Source of the DNA: Eledone cirrhosa
Taxonomy: Eukaryota
NCBI GenBank assembly: GCA_964016885.1
Contig: OZ024750.1
Coordinates: 38,626,001-38,690,000, forward strand
Length of the DNA: 64,000 nt
Direction: 5' to 3'
Position numbers and translations under genes: made by a program. The notes under the pieces are model-generated. The model did no database searches and was not told where the DNA came from. It worked only from the letters and a program-made list of their open reading frames with translations. Positions 1 to 15,100 of the stretch are shown here, in pieces (the first letter of the stretch is position 1; each line of letters begins with the position of its first letter).

Positions 1-161
1 TACTGGACATTGTCTAGTAATGTAGGTACTGGACAGTGTCTAGTAATGTAGGTACAGGACAGTGACTAGTAATGTAGGTACAGGACAGTGTCTAGTAATG
101 TAGGTACAGGACAGTGTCTAGTAATGTATGTACAGAAGAGTGTCTAGTAATCTAGGTACTT

Positions 162-3101
162 GACAGTGTCTAGTAATGTAGGTACTGGACAGTGTCTAGT
201 AGTGTAGGTACAGGACAGTGTCTAGTAGTGTAGGTACAGGACAGTGTCTAGTAGTGTAGGTACAGGACAGTGTCTAGTAATGTAGGTACTGGACAGTGTC
301 TAGTAATGTAGGTACAGGACAGTGTCTAGTAATGTAGGTACAGGACAGTGTCTAGTAGTGTAGGTACAGGACAGTGTCTAGTAATGTAGGTACTGGACAG
401 TGTCTAGTAATGTAGGTACTGGACAGTGTCTAGTAATGTAGGTACTGGACAGTGTCTAGTAATGTAGGTACAGGTCAGTGACTAGTAGTGTAGGTACAGG
501 ACAGTGACTAGTAATGTAGGTACTGGACAGTGTCTAGTAATGTAGGTACAGGACAGTGTCTAGTAATGTAGGTACTGGACAGTGTCTAGTAATGTAGGTA
601 CAGGACAGTGTCTAGTAATGTAGGTACTTGACAGTGTCTAGTAGTGTAGGTACTTGACAGTGTCTAGTAATGTAGGTACTCGACAGTGTCTAGTAATGTA
701 GGTACAGGACAGTGTCTAGTGTACTGGACAGTGTCTAGTAGTGTAGGTACTGGACAGTGTCTAGTAATGTAAGTACAGGACAGTGTCTAGTAATGTAGGT
801 ACAGGATAGTGTCTAGTAATGTAGGTAGTGGACAGTGTCTAGTAATGTAGGTACAGGACAGTGTATAGTAATGTAGGTACAGGACAGTGTCTAGTTATGT
901 AGGTACTGGACAGTGTCTAGTAATGTAGGTACTGGACACTGTCTAGTAATGTAGGTACCGGACAGTGTCTAGTAATGTGGGTACAGAAGAGTGTCTAGTA
1001 ATCTAGGTACTTGACAGTGTCTAGTAATGTAGGTACTGGACAGTGTCTAGTAATATAGGTACAGGACAGTGTCTACTAATGTAGGTACAGGACAGTGTCT
1101 AGTTATGTAGGTACCGGACAGTGTCTAGTAATGTAGGTACAGAAGAGTGTCTAGTAATCTAGGTACTTGACAGTGTCTAGTAATGTAGGTACTGGATAGT
1201 GTCTAGTAATGTAGGTACAGGACAGTGTCTAGTGTACTGGACAGTGTCTAGTAGTGTAGGTACTGGACAGTGTCTAGTAATGTAGGTACAAGACAGTGTC
1301 TAGTAGTGTAGGTACAGGACAGTGTCTAGTAATGTAGGTATAGGACAGTGTCTAGTAATGTAGGTACTGGACAGTGTCTAGTAGTGTAGGTACAGGACAG
1401 TGTCTAGTAATGTAGGTACTGGACAGTGTCTAGTAATGTAGGTACTGGACAGTGTCTAGTAATGTAGGTACTGGACAGTGTCTAGTAGTGTAGGTACAGG
1501 ACAGTGTCTAGTAATGTCGGTACAGGACAGTGTCTAGTAGTGTAGGTACAGGACAGTGTCTAGTAATGTAGGTATAGGACAGTGTCTAGTAATGTAGGTA
1601 CTGGACAGTGTCTAGTAATGTAGGTACTGGACAGTGTCTAGTAGTGTAGGTACAGGACAGTGTCTAGTAGTGTAGGTACAGGACAGTGTCTAGTAGTGTA
1701 GGTACAGGACAGTGTCTAGTAATGTAGGTACTGGACAGTGTCTAGTAATGTAGGTACAGGACAGTGTCTAGTAATGTAGGTACAGGACAGTGTCTAGTAG
1801 TGTAGGTACAGGACAGTGTCTAGTAATGTAGGTACTGGACAGTGTCTAGTAATGTAGGTACTGGACAGTGTCTAGTAATGTAGGTACTGGACAGTGTCTA
1901 GTAATGTAGGTACAGGTCAGTGACTAGTAGTGTAGGTACAGGACAGTGACTAGTAATGTAGGTACTGGACAGTGTCTAGTAATGTAGGTACAGGACAGTG
2001 TCTAGTAATGTAGGTACTGGACAGTGTCTAGTAATGTAGGTACAGGACAGTGTCTAGTAATGTAGGTACTTGACAGTGTCTAGTAGTGTAGGTACTTGAC
2101 AGTGTCTAGTAATGTAGGTACTCGACAGTGTCTAGTAATGTAGGTACAGGACAGTGTCTAGTGTACTGGACAGTGTCTAGTAGTGTAGGTACTGGACAGT
2201 GTCTAGTAATGTAAGTACAGGACAGTGTCTAGTAATGTAGGTACAGGATAGTGTCTAGTAATGTAGGTAGTGGACAGTGTCTAGTAATGTAGGTACAGGA
2301 CAGTGTATAGTAATGTAGGTACAGGACAGTGTCTAGTTATGTAGGTACTGGACAGTGTCTAGTAATGTAGGTACTGGACACTGTCTAGTAATGTAGGTAC
2401 CGGACAGTGTCTAGTAATGTGGGTACAGAAGAGTGTCTAGTAATCTAGGTACTTGACAGTGTCTAGTAATGTAGGTACTGGACAGTGTCTAGTAATATAG
2501 GTACAGGACAGTGTCTACTAATGTAGGTACAGGACAGTGTCTAGTTATGTAGGTACCGGACAGTGTCTAGTAATGTAGGTACAGAAGAGTGTCTAGTAAT
2601 CTAGGTACTTGACAGTGTCTAGTAATGTAGGTACTGGATAGTGTCTAGTAATGTAGGTACAGGACAGTGTCTAGTGTACTGGACAGTGTCTAGTAGTGTA
2701 GGTACTGGACAGTGTCTAGTAATGTAGGTACAAGACAGTGTCTAGTAGTGTAGGTACAGGACAGTGTCTAGTAATGTAGGTATAGGACAGTGTCTAGTAA
2801 TGTAGGTACTGGACAGTGTCTAGTAGTGTAGGTACAGGACAGTGTCTAGTAATGTAGGTACTGGACAGTGTCTAGTAATGTAGGTACTGGACAGTGTCTA
2901 GTAATGTAGGTACTGGACAGTGTCTAGTAGTGTAGGTACAGGACAGTGTCTAGTAATGTCGGTACAGGACAGTGTCTAGTAGTGTAGGTACAGGACAGTG
3001 TCTAGTAATGTAGGTATAGGACAGTGTCTAGTAATGTAGGTACTGGACAGTGTCTAGTAATGTAGGTACTGGACAGTGTCTAGTAGTGTAGGTACAGGAC
3101 A
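162..3101 (+). repeat. Higher-order tandem duplication, period 1442 bp (54 x 26 + 2 x 19), 2 copies
   Basis: Rare markers share the same offset: TACTCGAC 681/2123, ACCGG 959/2401, 19-bp units 707/2149 and 1220/2662. TACAAGAC and ATGTCGG are also duplicated in order. First mismatches are at 161/1603 and 1660/3102. Confidence 0.9.
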
Positions 3102-6100
3102 ATGTCTAGTAATGTAGGTACTGGACAGTGTCTAGTAATGTAGGTACTGGACAGTGTCTAGTAATGTAGGTACTGGACAGTGTCTAGTAATGTAGGTACA
3201 GGACAGTGACTAGTAATGTAGGTACAGGACAGTGTCTAGTAATGTAGGTACAGGACAGTGTCTAGTAATGTATGTACAGAAGAGTGTCTAGTAATCTAGG
3301 TACTTGACAGTGTCTAGTAATGTAGGTACTGGACAGTGTCTAGTAGTGTAGGTACAGGACAGTGTCTAGTAGTGTAGGTACAGGACAGTGTCTAGTAGTG
3401 TAGGTACAGGACAGTGTCTAGTAATGTAGGTACTGGACAGTGTCTAGTAATGTAGGTACTGGACAGTGTCTAGTAATGTAGGTACTGGACAGTGTCTAGT
3501 AGTGTAGGTACAGGACAGTGTCTAGTAATGTAGGTACCCGACAGTGTCTAGTAGTGTAGGTACAGGACAGTGTCTAGTTATGTAGGTATAGGACAGTGTC
3601 TAGTAATGTAGGTACTGGACAGTGTCTAGTAATGTAGGTACAGGACAGTGTCTAGTAGTGTAGGTACAGGACAGTGTCTAGTAATGTAGGTACTGGACAG
3701 TGTCTAGTAATGTAGGTACTGGACAGTGTCTAGTAATGTAGGTACTGGACAGTGTCTAGTAATGTAGGTACAGGACAGTGACTAGTAGTGTAGGTACAGG
3801 ACAGTGACTAGTAATGTAGGTACTGGACAGTGTCTAGTAATGTAGGTACAGGACAGTGTCTAGTAATGTAGGTACTGGACAGTGTCTAGTAATGTAGGTA
3901 CAGGACAGTGTCTAGTAATGTAGGTACTTGACAGTGTCTAGTAGTGTAGGTACTTGACAGTGTCTAGTAATGTAGGTACTGGACAGTGTCTAGTAATGTA
4001 GGTACAGGACAGTGTCTAGTGTACTGGACAGTGTCTAGTAGTGTAGGTACTGGACAGTGTCTAGTAATGTAGGTACAGGACAGTGTCTAGTAATGTAGGT
4101 ACTGGACAGTGTCTAGTATGTAGGTACAGGACAGTGTCTAGTAATGTAGGTACAGGACAGTGTATAGTAATGTAGGTACTGGACAGTGTCTAGTAATGTA
4201 GGTACTGGACATTGTCTAGTAATGTAGGTACAGGACAGTGTCTAGTAATGTAGGTATAGGACAGTGTCTAGTAATGTAGGAACTGGACAGTGTCTTGTAT
4301 GTAGGTACAGGACAGTGTCTAGTAGCGTATCTACAGGACAGTGTCTAGTAATGTAGGTACTGGACAGTGTCGAGTAATGTAGGTACTGGACAGTGTGTAA
4401 TAGTGTAGGTACTGGACAGTGACTAGTAATGTAGGTAGTGGAGAGTGTCTAATAATGTAGGTACAGGACAGTGTCTAGTAGTGTAGATACAGGACAGTGT
4501 CTAGTAATGTAGGTACTGGAGAGTGTCTAGTAATGTAGGTACAGGACAGTGTCTAATAGTGTAGGTACTGGACAGTGTCTAGTAATGTAAGTACAGGACA
4601 GTGTCTAGTAATGTAGGTACAGGATAGTGTCTAGTAATGTAGGTAGTGGACAGTGTCTAATAATGTAGGTACAGGACAGTGTATAGTAATGTAGGTACAG
4701 GACAGTGTCTAGTTATGTAGGTACGGGACATTGTCTAGTAATGTAGGTACTGGACACTGTCTAGTAATGTAGGTACCGGACAGTGTCTAGTAATGTGGGT
4801 ACAGAAGAGTGTCTAGTAATCTAGGTACTTGACAGTGTCTAGTAATGTAGGTACTGGACAGTGTCTAGTAATATAGGTACAGGACAGTGTCTAGTAATGT
4901 AGGTACAGGACAGTGTCTAGTTATGTAGGTACTGGACAGTGTCTAGTAATCTAGGTATTTGACAGTGTCTAGTAATGTTGGTACTGGACAGTGTCTAGTA
5001 GTGTAGGTACAGGACAGTGTCTAGTAGTGTAGGTACAGGACAGTGTCTAGTTATGTAGGTACTGGACATTGTCTAGTAATGTAGGTACTGGACACTGTCT
5101 AGTAATGTAGGTACCGGACAGTGTCTAGTAATGTAGGTACAGAAGAGTGTCTAGTAATCTAGGTACTTGACAGTGTCTAGTAATGTAGGTACTGGACAGT
5201 GTCTAGTAGTGTAGGTACAGGACAGTGTCTAGTAGTGTAGGTACAGGACAGTGTCTAGTAATGTAGGTACAGGACAGTGTCTAGTAATCTAGGTATTTGA
5301 CAGTGTCTAGTAATGTTGGTACTGGACAGTGTCTAGTAGTGTAGGTACAGGACAGTGTCTAGTAGTGTAGGTACAGGACAGTGTCTAGTAATGTAGGTAC
5401 TGGACAGTGTCTAGTAATGTAGGTACTGGACAGTGTCTAGTAGTGTAGGTACAGGACAGTGTCTAGTAATGTAGGTACAGGACAGTGTCTAGTAGTGTAG
5501 GTACAGGACAGTGTCTAGTAATGTAGGTATAGGACAGTGTCTAGTAATGTAGGTACTGGACAGTGTCTAGTAATGTAGGTACTGGACAGTGTCTAGTAGT
5601 GTAGGTACAGGACAGTGTCTAGTAATGTAGGTACTGGACAGTGTTTAGTAATGTAGGTACTGGACAGTGTCTAGTAATGTAGGTACTGGACAGTGTCTAG
5701 TAATGTAGGTACAGGACAGTGACTAGTAATGTAGGTACAGGACAGTGTCTAGTAATGTAGGTACAGGACAGTGTCTAGTAATGTATGTACAGAAGAGTGT
5801 CTAGTAATCTAGGTACTTGACAGTGTCTAGTAATGTAGGTACTGGACAGTGTCTAGTAGTGTAGGTACAGGACAGTGTCTAGTAGTGTAGGTACAGGACA
5901 GTGTCTAGTAGTGTAGGTACAGGACAGTGTCTAGTAATGTAGGTACTGGACAGTGTCTAGTAATGTAGGTACTGGACAATGTCTAGTAATGTAGGTACTG
6001 GACAGTGTCTAGTAGTGTAGGTACAGGACAGTGTCTAGTAATGTAGGTACAGGACAGTGTCTAGTAGTGTAGGTACAGGACAGTGTCTAGTAATGTAGGT

Positions 6101-9100
6101 ATAGGACAGTGTCTAGTAATGTAGGTATTGGACAGTGTCTAGTAATGTAGGTACTGGACAGTGTCTAGTAATGTAGGTACTGGACAGTGTCTAGTAATGT
6201 AGGTACTGGACAGTGTCTAGTAATGTAGGTACAGGACAGTGACTAGTAGTGTAGGTACAGGACAGTGACTAGTAATGTAGGTACTGGACAGTGTCTAGTA
6301 ATGTAGGTACAGGACAGTGTCTAGTAATGTAGGTACTGGACAGTGTCTAGTAATGTAGGTACAGGACAGTGTCTAGTAATGTAGGTACTTGACAGTGTCT
6401 AGTAGTGTAGGTACTTGACAGTGTCTAGTAATGTAGGTACTGGACAGTGTCTAGTAATGTAGGTACAGGACAGTGTCTAGTGTACTGGAGAGTGTCTAGT
6501 AGTGTAGGCACTGGAGAGTGTCTAGTAATGTAGGTACAGGACAGTGTCTAGTAATGTAGGTACTGGACAGTGTCTAGTATGTAGGTACAGGACAGTGTCT
6601 AGTAATGTAGGTACAGGACAGTGTCTAGTAATGTAGGTACTGGACAGTGTCTAGTAATGTAGGTACTGGACAGTGTCTAGTAATGTAGGTACAGGACAGT
6701 GTCTAGTAATGTAGGTATAGGACAGTGTCTAGTAATGTAGGAACTGGACAGTGTCTAATAGTGTAGGTACTGGACAGTGTCTTGTATGTAGGTACAGGAC
6801 AGTGTCTAGTAGCGTAGCTACAGGACAGTGTCTAGTAATGTAGGTACTGGACAGTGTCTAGTAGTGTAGGTACAGGACAGTGTCTAGTAATGTAGGTACT
6901 GGACAGTGTCTAGTAATGTAGGTACTGGACAGTGTCTAGTAATGTAGGTACTGGACAGTGTCTAGTAATGTAGGTACAGGTCAGTGACTAGTAGTGTAGG
7001 TACAGGACAGTGACTAGTAATGTAGGTACTGGACAGTGTCTAGTAATGTAGGTACAGGACAGTGTCTAGTAATGTAGGTACTGGACAGTGTCTAGTAATG
7101 TAGGTACAGGACAGTGTCTAGTAATGTAGGTACTTGACAGTGTCTAGTAGTGTAGGTACTTGACAGTGTCTAGTAATGTAGGTACTCGACAGTGTCTAGT
7201 AATGTAGGTACAGGACAGTGTCTAGTGTACTGGACAGTGTCTAGTAGTGTAGGTACTGGACAGTGTCTAGTAATGTAAGTACAGGACAGTGTCTAGTAAT
7301 GTAGGTACAGGATAGTGTCTAGTAATGTAGGTAGTGGACAGTGTCTAGTAATGTAGGTACAGGACAGTGTATAGTAATGTAGGTACAGGACAGTGTCTAG
7401 TTATGTAGGTACTGGACAGTGTCTAGTAATGTAGGTACTGGACACTGTCTAGTAATGTAGGTACCGGACAGTGTCTAGTAATGTGGGTACAGAAGAGTGT
7501 CTAGTAATCTAGGTACTTGACAGTGTCTAGTAATGTAGGTACTGGACAGTGTCTAGTAATATAGGTACAGGACAGTGTCTACTAATGTAGGTACAGGACA
7601 GTGTCTAGTTATGTAGGTACCGGACAGTGTCTAGTAATGTAGGTACAGAAGAGTGTCTAGTAATCTAGGTACTTGACAGTGTCTAGTAATGTAGGTACTG
7701 GATAGTGTCTAGTAATGTAGGTACAGGACAGTGTCTAGTGTACTGGACAGTGTCTAGTAGTGTAGGTACTGGACAGTGTCTAGTAATGTAGGTACAAGAC
7801 AGTGTCTAGTAGTGTAGGTACAGGACAGTGTCTAGTAATGTAGGTATAGGACAGTGTCTAGTAATGTAGGTACTGGACAGTGTCTAGTAGTGTAGGTACA
7901 GGACAGTGTCTAGTAATGTAGGTACTGGACAGTGTCTAGTAATGTAGGTACTGGACAGTGTCTAGTAATGTAGGTACTGGACAGTGTCTAGTAGTGTAGG
8001 TACAGGACAGTGTCTAGTAATGTCGGTACAGGACAGTGTCTAGTAGTGTAGGTACAGGACAGTGTCTAGTAATGTAGGTATAGGACAGTGTCTAGTAATG
8101 TAGGTACTGGACAGTGTCTAGTAATGTAGGTACTGGACAGTGTCTAGTAGTGTAGGTACAGGACAATGTCTAGTAATGTAGGTACTGGACAGTGTCTAGT
8201 AATGTAGGTACTGGACAGTGTCTAGTAATGTAGGTACTGGACAGTGTCTAGTAATGTAGGTACAGGACAGTGACTAGTAATGTAGGTACAGGACAGTGTC
8301 TAGTAATGTAGGTACAGGACAGTGTCTAGTAATGTATGTACAGAAGAGTGTCTAGTAATCTAGGTACTTGACAGTGTCTAGTAATGTAGGTACTGGACAG
8401 TGTCTAGTAGTGTAGGTACAGGACAGTGTCTAGTAATGTAGGTATAGGACAGTGTCTAGTAATGTAGGAACTGGACAGTGTCTTGTATGTAGGTACAGGA
8501 CAGTGTCTAGTAGCGTATCTACAGGACAGTGTCTAGTAATGTAGGTACTGGACAGTGTCGAGTAATGTAGGTACTGGACAGTGTGTAATAGTGTAGGTAC
8601 TGGACAGTGACTAGTAATGTAGGTAGTGGAGAGTGTCTAATAATGTAGGTACAGGACAGTGTCTAGTAGTGTAGATACAGGACAGTGTCTAGTAATGTAG
8701 GTACTGGAGAGTGTCTAGTAATGTAGGTACAGGACAGTGTCTAATAGTGTAGGTACTGGACAGTGTCTAGTAATGTAAGTACAGGACAGTGTCTAGTAAT
8801 GTAGGTACAGGATAGTGTCTAGTAATGTAGGTAGTGGACAGTGTCTAATAATGTAGGTACAGGACAGTGTATAGTAATGTAGGTACAGGACAGTGTCTAG
8901 TTATGTAGGTACGGGACATTGTCTAGTAATGTAGGTACTGGACACTGTCTAGTAATGTAGGTACCGGACAGTGTCTAGTAATGTGGGTACAGAAGAGTGT
9001 CTAGTAATCTAGGTACTTGACAGTGTCTAGTAATGTAGGTACTGGACAGTGTCTAGTAATATAGGTACAGGACAGTGTCTAGTAATGTAGGTACAGGACA

Positions 9101-12100
9101 GTGTCTAGTTATGTAGGTACTGGACAGTGTCTAGTAATCTAGGTATTTGACAGTGTCTAGTAATGTTGGTACTGGACAGTGTCTAGTAGTGTAGGTACAG
9201 GACAGTGTCTAGTAGTGTAGGTACAGGACAGTGTCTAGTTATGTAGGTACTGGACATTGTCTAGTAATGTAGGTACTGGACACTGTCTAGTAATGTAGGT
9301 ACCGGACAGTGTCTAGTAATGTAGGTACAGAAGAGTGTCTAGTAATCTAGGTACTTGACAGTGTCTAGTAATGTAGGTACTGGACAGTGTCTAGTAGTGT
9401 AGGTACAGGACAGTGTCTAGTAGTGTAGGTACAGGACAGTGTCTAGTAATGTAGGTACAGGACAGTGTCTAGTAATCTAGGTATTTGACAGTGTCTAGTA
9501 ATGTTGGTACTGGACAGTGTCTAGTAGTGTAGGTACAGGACAGTGTCTAGTAGTGTAGGTACAGGACAGTGTCTAGTAATGTAGGTACTGGACAGTGTCT
9601 AGTAATGTAGGTACTGGACAGTGTCTAGTAGTGTAGGTACAGGACAGTGTCTAGTAATGTAGGTACAGGACAGTGTCTAGTAGTGTAGGTACAGGACAGT
9701 GTCTAGTAATGTAGGTATAGGACAGTGTCTAGTAATGTAGGTACTGGACAGTGTCTAGTAATGTAGGTACTGGACAGTGTCTAGTAGTGTAGGTACAGGA
9801 CAGTGTCTAGTAATGTAGGTACTGGACAGTGTTTAGTAATGTAGGTACTGGACAGTGTCTAGTAATGTAGGTACTGGACAGTGTCTAGTAATGTAGGTAC
9901 AGGACAGTGACTAGTAATGTAGGTACAGGACAGTGTCTAGTAATGTAGGTACAGGACAGTGTCTAGTAATGTATGTACAGAAGAGTGTCTAGTAATCTAG
10001 GTACTTGACAGTGTCTAGTAATGTAGGTACTGGACAGTGTCTAGTAGTGTAGGTACAGGACAGTGTCTAGTAGTGTAGGTACAGGACAGTGTCTAGTAGT
10101 GTAGGTACAGGACAGTGTCTAGTAATGTAGGTACTGGACAGTGTCTAGTAATGTAGGTACTGGACAATGTCTAGTAATGTAGGTACTGGACAGTGTCTAG
10201 TAGTGTAGGTACAGGACAGTGTCTAGTAATGTAGGTACAGGACAGTGTCTAGTAGTGTAGGTACAGGACAGTGTCTAGTAATGTAGGTATAGGACAGTGT
10301 CTAGTAATGTAGGTATTGGACAGTGTCTAGTAATGTAGGTACTGGACAGTGTCTAGTAATGTAGGTACTGGACAGTGTCTAGTAATGTAGGTACTGGACA
10401 GTGTCTAGTAATGTAGGTACAGGACAGTGACTAGTAGTGTAGGTACAGGACAGTGACTAGTAATGTAGGTACTGGACAGTGTCTAGTAATGTAGGTACAG
10501 GACAGTGTCTAGTAATGTAGGTACTGGACAGTGTCTAGTAATGTAGGTACAGGACAGTGTCTAGTAATGTAGGTACTTGACAGTGTCTAGTAGTGTAGGT
10601 ACTTGACAGTGTCTAGTAATGTAGGTACTGGACAGTGTCTAGTAATGTAGGTACAGGACAGTGTCTAGTGTACTGGAGAGTGTCTAGTAGTGTAGGCACT
10701 GGAGAGTGTCTAGTAATGTAGGTACAGGACAGTGTCTAGTAATGTAGGTACTGGACAGTGTCTAGTATGTAGGTACAGGACAGTGTCTAGTAATGTAGGT
10801 ACAGGACAGTGTCTAGTAATGTAGGTACTGGACAGTGTCTAGTAATGTAGGTACTGGACAGTGTCTAGTAATGTAGGTACAGGACAGTGTCTAGTAATGT
10901 AGGTATAGGACAGTGTCTAGTAATGTAGGAACTGGACAGTGTCTAATAGTGTAGGTACTGGACAGTGTCTTGTATGTAGGTACAGGACAGTGTCTAGTAG
11001 CGTAGCTACAGGACAGTGTCTAGTAATGTAGGTACTGGACAGTGTCTAGTAGTGTAGGTACAGGACAGTGTCTAGTAATGTAGGTACTGGACAGTGTCTA
11101 GTAATGTAGGTACTGGACAGTGTCTAGTAATGTAGGTACTGGACAGTGTCTAGTAATGTAGGTACAGGTCAGTGACTAGTAGTGTAGGTACAGGACAGTG
11201 ACTAGTAATGTAGGTACTGGACAGTGTCTAGTAATGTAGGTACAGGACAGTGTCTAGTAATGTAGGTACTGGACAGTGTCTAGTAATGTAGGTACAGGAC
11301 AGTGTCTAGTAATGTAGGTACTTGACAGTGTCTAGTAGTGTAGGTACTTGACAGTGTCTAGTAATGTAGGTACTCGACAGTGTCTAGTAATGTAGGTACA
11401 GGACAGTGTCTAGTGTACTGGACAGTGTCTAGTAGTGTAGGTACTGGACAGTGTCTAGTAATGTAAGTACAGGACAGTGTCTAGTAATGTAGGTACAGGA
11501 TAGTGTCTAGTAATGTAGGTAGTGGACAGTGTCTAGTAATGTAGGTACAGGACAGTGTATAGTAATGTAGGTACAGGACAGTGTCTAGTTATGTAGGTAC
11601 TGGACAGTGTCTAGTAATGTAGGTACTGGACACTGTCTAGTAATGTAGGTACCGGACAGTGTCTAGTAATGTGGGTACAGAAGAGTGTCTAGTAATCTAG
11701 GTACTTGACAGTGTCTAGTAATGTAGGTACTGGACAGTGTCTAGTAATATAGGTACAGGACAGTGTCTACTAATGTAGGTACAGGACAGTGTCTAGTTAT
11801 GTAGGTACCGGACAGTGTCTAGTAATGTAGGTACAGAAGAGTGTCTAGTAATCTAGGTACTTGACAGTGTCTAGTAATGTAGGTACTGGATAGTGTCTAG
11901 TAATGTAGGTACAGGACAGTGTCTAGTGTACTGGACAGTGTCTAGTAGTGTAGGTACTGGACAGTGTCTAGTAATGTAGGTACAAGACAGTGTCTAGTAG
12001 TGTAGGTACAGGACAGTGTCTAGTAATGTAGGTATAGGACAGTGTCTAGTAATGTAGGTACTGGACAGTGTCTAGTAGTGTAGGTACAGGACAGTGTCTA

Positions 12101-15100
12101 GTAATGTAGGTACTGGACAGTGTCTAGTAATGTAGGTACTGGACAGTGTCTAGTAATGTAGGTACTGGACAGTGTCTAGTAGTGTAGGTACAGGACAGTG
12201 TCTAGTAATGTCGGTACAGGACAGTGTCTAGTAGTGTAGGTACAGGACAGTGTCTAGTAATGTAGGTATAGGACAGTGTCTAGTAATGTAGGTACTGGAC
12301 AGTGTCTAGTAATGTAGGTACTGGACAGTGTCTAGTAGTGTAGGTACAGGACAATGTCTAGTAATGTAGGTACTGGACAGTGTCTAGTAATGTAGGTACT
12401 GGACAGTGTCTAGTAATGTAGGTACTGGACAGTGTCTAGTAATGTAGGTACAGGACAGTGACTAGTAATGTAGGTACAGGACAGTGTCTAGTAATGTAGG
12501 TACAGGACAGTGTCTAGTAATGTATGTACAGAAGAGTGTCTAGTAATCTAGGTACTTGACAGTGTCTAGTAATGTAGGTACTGGACAGTGTCTAGTAGTG
12601 TAGGTACAGGACAGTGTCTAGTAGTGTAGGTACAGGACAGTGTCTAGTAGTGTAGGTACAGGACAGTGTCTAGTAATGTAGGTACTGGACAGTGTCTAGT
12701 AATGTAGGTACTGGACAGTGTCTAGTAATGTAGGTACTGGACAGTGTCTAGTAGTGTAGGTACAGGACAGTGTCTAGTAATGTAGGTACCCGACAGTGTC
12801 TAGTAGTGTAGGTACAGGACAGTGTCTAGTTATGTAGGTATAGGACAGTGTCTAGTAATGTAGGTACTGGACAGTGTCTAGTAATGTAGGTACAGGACAG
12901 TGTCTAGTAGTGTAGGTACAGGACAGTGTCTAGTAATGTAGGTACTGGACAGTGTCTAGTAATGTAGGTACTGGACAGTGTCTAGTAATGTAGGTACTGG
13001 ACAGTGTCTAGTAATGTAGGTACAGGACAGTGACTAGTAGTGTAGGTACAGGACAGTGACTAGTAATGTAGGTACTGGACAGTGTCTAGTAATGTAGGTA
13101 CAGGACAGTGTCTAGTAATGTAGGTACTGGACAGTGTCTAGTAATGTAGGTACAGGACAGTGTCTAGTAATGTTGGTACTTGACAGTGTCTAGTAGTGTA
13201 GGTACTTGACAGTGTCTAGTAATGTAGGTACTGGACAGTGTCTAGTAATGTAGGTACAGGACAGTGTCTAGTGTACTGGACAGTGTCTAGTAGTGTAGGT
13301 ACTGGACAGTGTCTAGTAATGTAGGTACAGGACAGTGTCTAGTAATGTAGATACTGGACAGTGTCTAGTATGTAGGTACAGGACAGTGTCTAGTAATGTA
13401 GGTACAGGACAGTGTATAGTAATGTAGGTACTGGACAGTGTCTAGTAATGTAGGTACTGGACATTGTCTAGTAATGTAGGTACAGGACAGTGTCTAGTAA
13501 TGTAGGTATAGGACAGTGTCTAGTAATGTAGGAACTGGACAGTGTCTTGTATGTAGGTACAGGACAGTGTCTAGTAGCGTATCTACAGGACAGTGTCTAG
13601 TAATGTAGGTACTGGACAGTGTCGAGTAATGTAGGTACTGGACAGTGTGTAATAGTGTAGGTACTGGACAGTGACTAGTAATGTAGGTAGTGGAGAGTGT
13701 CTAATAATGTAGGTACAGGACAGTGTCTAGTAGTGTAGATACAGGACAGTGTCTAGTAATGTAGGTACTGGAGAGTGTCTAGTAATGTAGGTACAGGACA
13801 GTGTCTAATAGTGTAGGTACTGGACAGTGTCTAGTAATGTAAGTACAGGACAGTGTCTAGTAATGTAGGTACAGGATAGTGTCTAGTAATGTAGGTAGTG
13901 GACAGTGTCTAATAATGTAGGTACAGGACAGTGTATAGTAATGTAGGTACAGGACAGTGTCTAGTTATGTAGGTACGGGACATTGTCTAGTAATGTAGGT
14001 ACTGGACACTGTCTAGTAATGTAGGTACCGGACAGTGTCTAGTAATGTGGGTACAGAAGAGTGTCTAGTAATCTAGGTACTTGACAGTGTCTAGTAATGT
14101 AGGTACTGGACAGTGTCTAGTAATATAGGTACAGGACAGTGTCTAGTAATGTAGGTACAGGACAGTGTCTAGTTATGTAGGTACTGGACAGTGTCTAGTA
14201 ATCTAGGTATTTGACAGTGTCTAGTAATGTTGGTACTGGACAGTGTCTAGTAGTGTAGGTACAGGACAGTGTCTAGTAGTGTAGGTACAGGACAGTGTCT
14301 AGTTATGTAGGTACTGGACATTGTCTAGTAATGTAGGTACTGGACACTGTCTAGTAATGTAGGTACCGGACAGTGTCTAGTAATGTAGGTACAGAAGAGT
14401 GTCTAGTAATCTAGGTACTTGACAGTGTCTAGTAATGTAGGTACTGGACAGTGTCTAGTAGTGTAGGTACAGGACAGTGTCTAGTAGTGTAGGTACAGGA
14501 CAGTGTCTAGTAATGTAGGTACAGGACAGTGTCTAGTAATCTAGGTATTTGACAGTGTCTAGTAATGTTGGTACTGGACAGTGTCTAGTAGTGTAGGTAC
14601 AGGACAGTGTCTAGTAGTGTAGGTACAGGACAGTGTCTAGTAATGTAGGTACTGGACAGTGTCTAGTAATGTAGGTACTGGACAGTGTCTAGTAGTGTAG
14701 GTACAGGACAGTGTCTAGTAATGTAGGTACAGGACAGTGTCTAGTAGTGTAGGTACAGGACAGTGTCTAGTAATGTAGGTATAGGACAGTGTCTAGTAAT
14801 GTAGGTACTGGACAGTGTCTAGTAATGTAGGTACTGGACAGTGTCTAGTAGTGTAGGTACAGGACAGTGTCTAGTAATGTAGGTACTGGACAGTGTTTAG
14901 TAATGTAGGTACTGGACAGTGTCTAGTAATGTAGGTACTGGACAGTGTCTAGTAATGTAGGTACAGGACAGTGACTAGTAATGTAGGTACAGGACAGTGT
15001 CTAGTAATGTAGGTACAGGACAGTGTCTAGTAATGTATGTACAGAAGAGTGTCTAGTAATCTAGGTACTTGACAGTGTCTAGTAATGTAGGTACTGGACA

